This document shows, piece after piece, positions 60,954 through 64,000 of a DNA stretch of 64,000 nt. The stretch's first letter is position 1. Each line of letters begins with the position of its first letter. The notes below the pieces were generated by a model that ran no database searches, had not been told where the DNA came from, and was given only the letters and a program-made list of their open reading frames with translations. The translations under genes were made by a program, and so were the position numbers. The stretch covers positions 1-64,000 of the forward strand of contig VJWM01000239.1 of the NCBI GenBank assembly GCA_010909165.1. Direction: 5' to 3'. This stretch comes from Anthoceros angustus (taxonomy: Eukaryota; Plantae; Anthocerotophyta).

Positions 60954-62624
60954 CTAAAACCCTGTGCTGCGGCGGCGACGGCCTGGCACTGGCAGCAGTA
61001 TGGCTTCCCTCTGGCGCCTCTCCCTTGCCTCCCGAATGTGCTCGACGTCCACATTAGCCGCCGCCGCTGCCACCTCCTCTGGAAGATTCTTCAGCACTGA
61101 AGTCCTGCCCGCCAGCGCCTCAACAAGCGGCCTGCAAATGCAAATGCACCGAACGTGACACTCATCAGAACTGCAATCGTGTGATGGGCAGGGGCAAGTG
61201 TAGGTGACGAGAGCTGCAGGAAGCCTCACTGGTCTGTGGTGTAGAAGCTGATCCATTCCAGGCCTTCCTCTCCTGCCCTGACGCCGTGGGCGTGGAAGCG
61301 GGGGATCACGTACACCTCGCCCTCCCTCACCTCCGTGTCCACCAGGCTCTCGCCACTGCTGCCCACGATCTCCAAACGCCCGTTGCCCCGCTGGAAGAAG
61401 ACCACCTCGTGGCCTGTGGGAGACCACTGGGGAGCCAGAATCGCGTCCTGAAGAAAGCATTCACAGGGAAATCAGGAATCGATGTGATTCTTCATGGTGG
61501 ACCTCGAGCACGGAATCGCTTGCCGATCGGAACCCACCCGCTCCAGGCGACCGTACGTGAGGCCCAGGTTGACGGCCTCCAGGATGGGCAGCTTGAATCT
61601 GTTGACGCTGTTGTAGAATCCGGCGTCGGGGACGCGGACGTCGGCAGAGCCTTCCCGGACGTTGTACACGTGCTCTCCGGTGGCCAGGTACTCGCGGAGG
61701 TCGGGATCGGTGTGGTGGCCTCTGTGGCTGGCGGAGGCTCCTCCTTCTCCCCTGTTAGCCCGGGAGATCTGCGGGATGTCCAGGTCGCGTTCCAGCTGCA
61801 CGATGCCCACGCCGTGCTGGCTCTCCAGGAGCTGCTCCACTCGCCTCTCGTCCAGGTCCCAGGCGTCGGCCAGAAATTCCCTTCTGAACCCGTGCAGAAT
61901 TCCTCCGTACCTCTGCTGCTCCTGCGGAGAGATCCGCCGCCTGCCTTCTCCTTCTTCTTCACCTCGTCCGGCGCCGGCCAGAGAGAAGCTCTGGGCGCCA
62001 CGGATCCACACAATGGTAAGTTTGAACACTGCAATCCACACCTCCAGAAAGACGATCGGTTACCACTCACAGTGTATTCGCCTTGGTAGGGTCCAGCAGA
62101 TGTCTCCGCCAGCCCGATGATGCGCAACTCGCTGCTGCCGCCGTTGTAGAACCATCCAGCGATTCCCCGAGGGAAGGCCACCACATCGCCCCGCCTGATC
62201 CGGCGCACGTGGGAAGCTTCTCCGACAGAGTAGCCGGACAGGAGTCCCACATAGCCCTCTCCTGGCAGTGCCACGCGAGCAGCCGGTCGTTTCAGTCGAC
62301 ATCGGATGCATTGTCGAGATCGCCACTTTTGCAGCTCAGGAAAGGCCGGGTCATGAGAGACGTACCTTCCTCCACGTATTTGAGGACAGCAGAATTGGAG
62401 TACTTGGGAAGGTACAGGCCACGCTGCCCGAGCGTGATTCTGGCCGCTGCGATGTTGGCGTCTCTGATGGCCCGGATATTGGACCACGCGTGGATGCTTC
62501 CTCCATCGGTGCGAAGACGTTCTTGCGGCTCGCCCAGCCGGAGCTCCTCACGCTGGGCACTTGCCAGAGAGATGGCCACGAGCAGGGCCAGCGCAAGGCC
62601 GGCCCATTTGTCAGCAGAACCCAT
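60954..62624 (-). CDS. 11S globulin/legumin-like bicupin storage protein with signal peptide (5 exons)
   Basis: Hydrophobic leader (LALALLVAISLASA); GLYLPKYSNS, RRIRRGDVVAFPRGIAGWFYN, FSLAG, GILHGFRREFLADAW, VNRFKLPILE, LAGRTSVLKNLPEEV. Confidence 0.9.
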
Positions 62625-62789
62625 TTCGAGCTCTACCACGGATGTTGGAGTCTCGCAAGGCGCTGAAAGAAGGACGATGCGACTGGATGAATGCAGTACT
62701 GCAGAGCTGTTGATCAGCAAGCTTATGTATTGGGAACCCGGCAGGCGGATATAGCAAGTCCCAGCTCGCAATCGCAGTCTGGCAGTTTA

Positions 62790-62830
62790 GGTTCATGCAA
62801 GGAAGGGAATAAGAGGGATGCTGCATGCGG
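62790..62830 (-). promoter_or_regulatory. RY/legumin-box (CATGCA) motifs upstream of the globulin gene
   Basis: CATGCA at ~62794 and TGCATG at ~62822, 170-200 bp upstream of the ATG; conserved in the paralogous block at 57.4-57.6 kb. Confidence 0.45.
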
Positions 62831-63087
62831 ACACGGCCGCATGGATCTGGTCAGCCTGTGGACCTACATACAGGAACGAAATGAGTGTGAATGTGCTCAT
62901 GCTCCCATGTGATGTCAATGGCACTTGATACAAGAAGATAGCCCATTTGCCCATTCCTCACATGCTTGATGCGGCTGATCATGTTGTTATGCGGTTGATA
63001 AGGATTGGGGTGGCCTTTAACGGGTTTAGCTTTTCAGCGTACCACTGGTAATATTATTTCCATAGATCTTTCCCACCACGTACGGGA

Positions 63088-63150
63088 GGCGCCAGCCGGA
63101 GTCGAACCCGGATCTGCCCACGGGGAGGACGTTCTCGTTACCACCAAGAG
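63088..63150 (-). pseudogene. Degenerate tRNA-Gly-like remnant
   Basis: GCCAGCCGGAGTCGAACCCGGATCTG...TACCACCA resembles the T-arm/D-arm of 57671-57741 and sits at the equivalent position in a duplicated block. Confidence 0.55.
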
Positions 63151-64000
63151 GACAATAACTACAACAACTTCATTTATGTCCACTAGCATAAAAGAACCAT
63201 CATGGACAGAATTTGGATAAAGGAGGGTGTACATGTACGTACGTACGTACGTACGTTTGTACTAAAGAAAGTGAAATAGGGGGAATAAAAGGCGGAGCAA
63301 AGACAAGAAAGTTATAGGGACAACATATGATCAAGCAGCATCATCTCATAACGACATAGAGCATAGAGCTTGGGAATATGAAAGGAAAAAAATCGCCATT
63401 CGGAAAAACCTGCACACTAAAAAAGGGTAGAGTACTTGGCCATGACATCGTTAAAAGAAGGGCAATAAAATAAAAAGTGTATTTCGCATTCCTTAGTGCA
63501 ATAAAATAAAAAGTGTATTTCGCATTCCTTAGTTGAGGAGCAAAACCTGGAAACGCAGTCACTCTATCTTAAACTCCCACATTTGTTTCAAGCATACTAA
63601 TGCACTAATAAGGTCAGATAAAAAAGGAAGACCCTCGTAGTGATTTCAAATTGAGGTGCTATGAATAAGCTGGCAAAAGCATTCCTAATATCTTCATAGA
63701 CAGGGCAGAGGAAAACAAAGTGTTCATGAGTCTTAACATCCCTGTTGCATAACTTGTGTATTGTATGGCCTCAAATAGGCACGTCTATTGGACTCAATCC
63801 TTAAGATGGTGAGACCCCACATGAAGATGAGCCATAATCATCCTAAGCTTGAAGGACGCATGATTGCAAAGATAGAGTGGAAGCAAGAGTCTTTCAGACT
63901 TGGAAAGGATACGAAACAATTATTTGGAAGTTTGGAGTTTAGTGGATAGAATCGAGAGACAGGAGACCAAGTGTGGGAGAGATAGGCAAATCAATTCATT

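Noticed and set aside
61286-62089. 267-aa plus-strand ORF
   Set aside because: Antisense shadow of the GC-rich globulin exons
63235-63256. (ACGT)n run as an ABRE cluster
   Set aside because: A simple tetranucleotide repeat lacking the ACGTG(G/T)C context; no support for function

Overview
Eukaryotic plant nuclear DNA with compact genes and short introns. It is most likely a hornwort (Anthoceros-like), inferred from the PPR PG-box signature K[QE]xGQSWWTD of the DYW:WW class. 1-17 kb is retroelement-rich: a gag remnant, a complete but frameshifted Ty3/Gypsy chromovirus-like element (3339-10956, minus strand), minisatellites, and a second decayed Gypsy-like element whose putative 3' LTR carries a 5S rRNA-derived segment, as in Cassandra elements. 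17-26 kb holds a GPN3 GTPase gene between an intact and a pseudogenised copy of a UCP030365-like gene. 29-48 kb is a tandem array of six intronless PLS-class PPR RNA-editing-factor genes. All six end just after the WW-type PG box without an intact DYW deaminase, and they are interspersed with inverted or scrambled PPR fragments, eroded DYW remnants and a LINE fragment. 50-63 kb holds an O-methyltransferase head-to-head with a DUF151 bifunctional nuclease, a stand-alone TH2-like HAD phosphatase, tRNA-Gly(GCC), and an 11S-globulin-like bicupin with RY motifs upstream. Exon boundaries and element ends were read by eye and are approximate.
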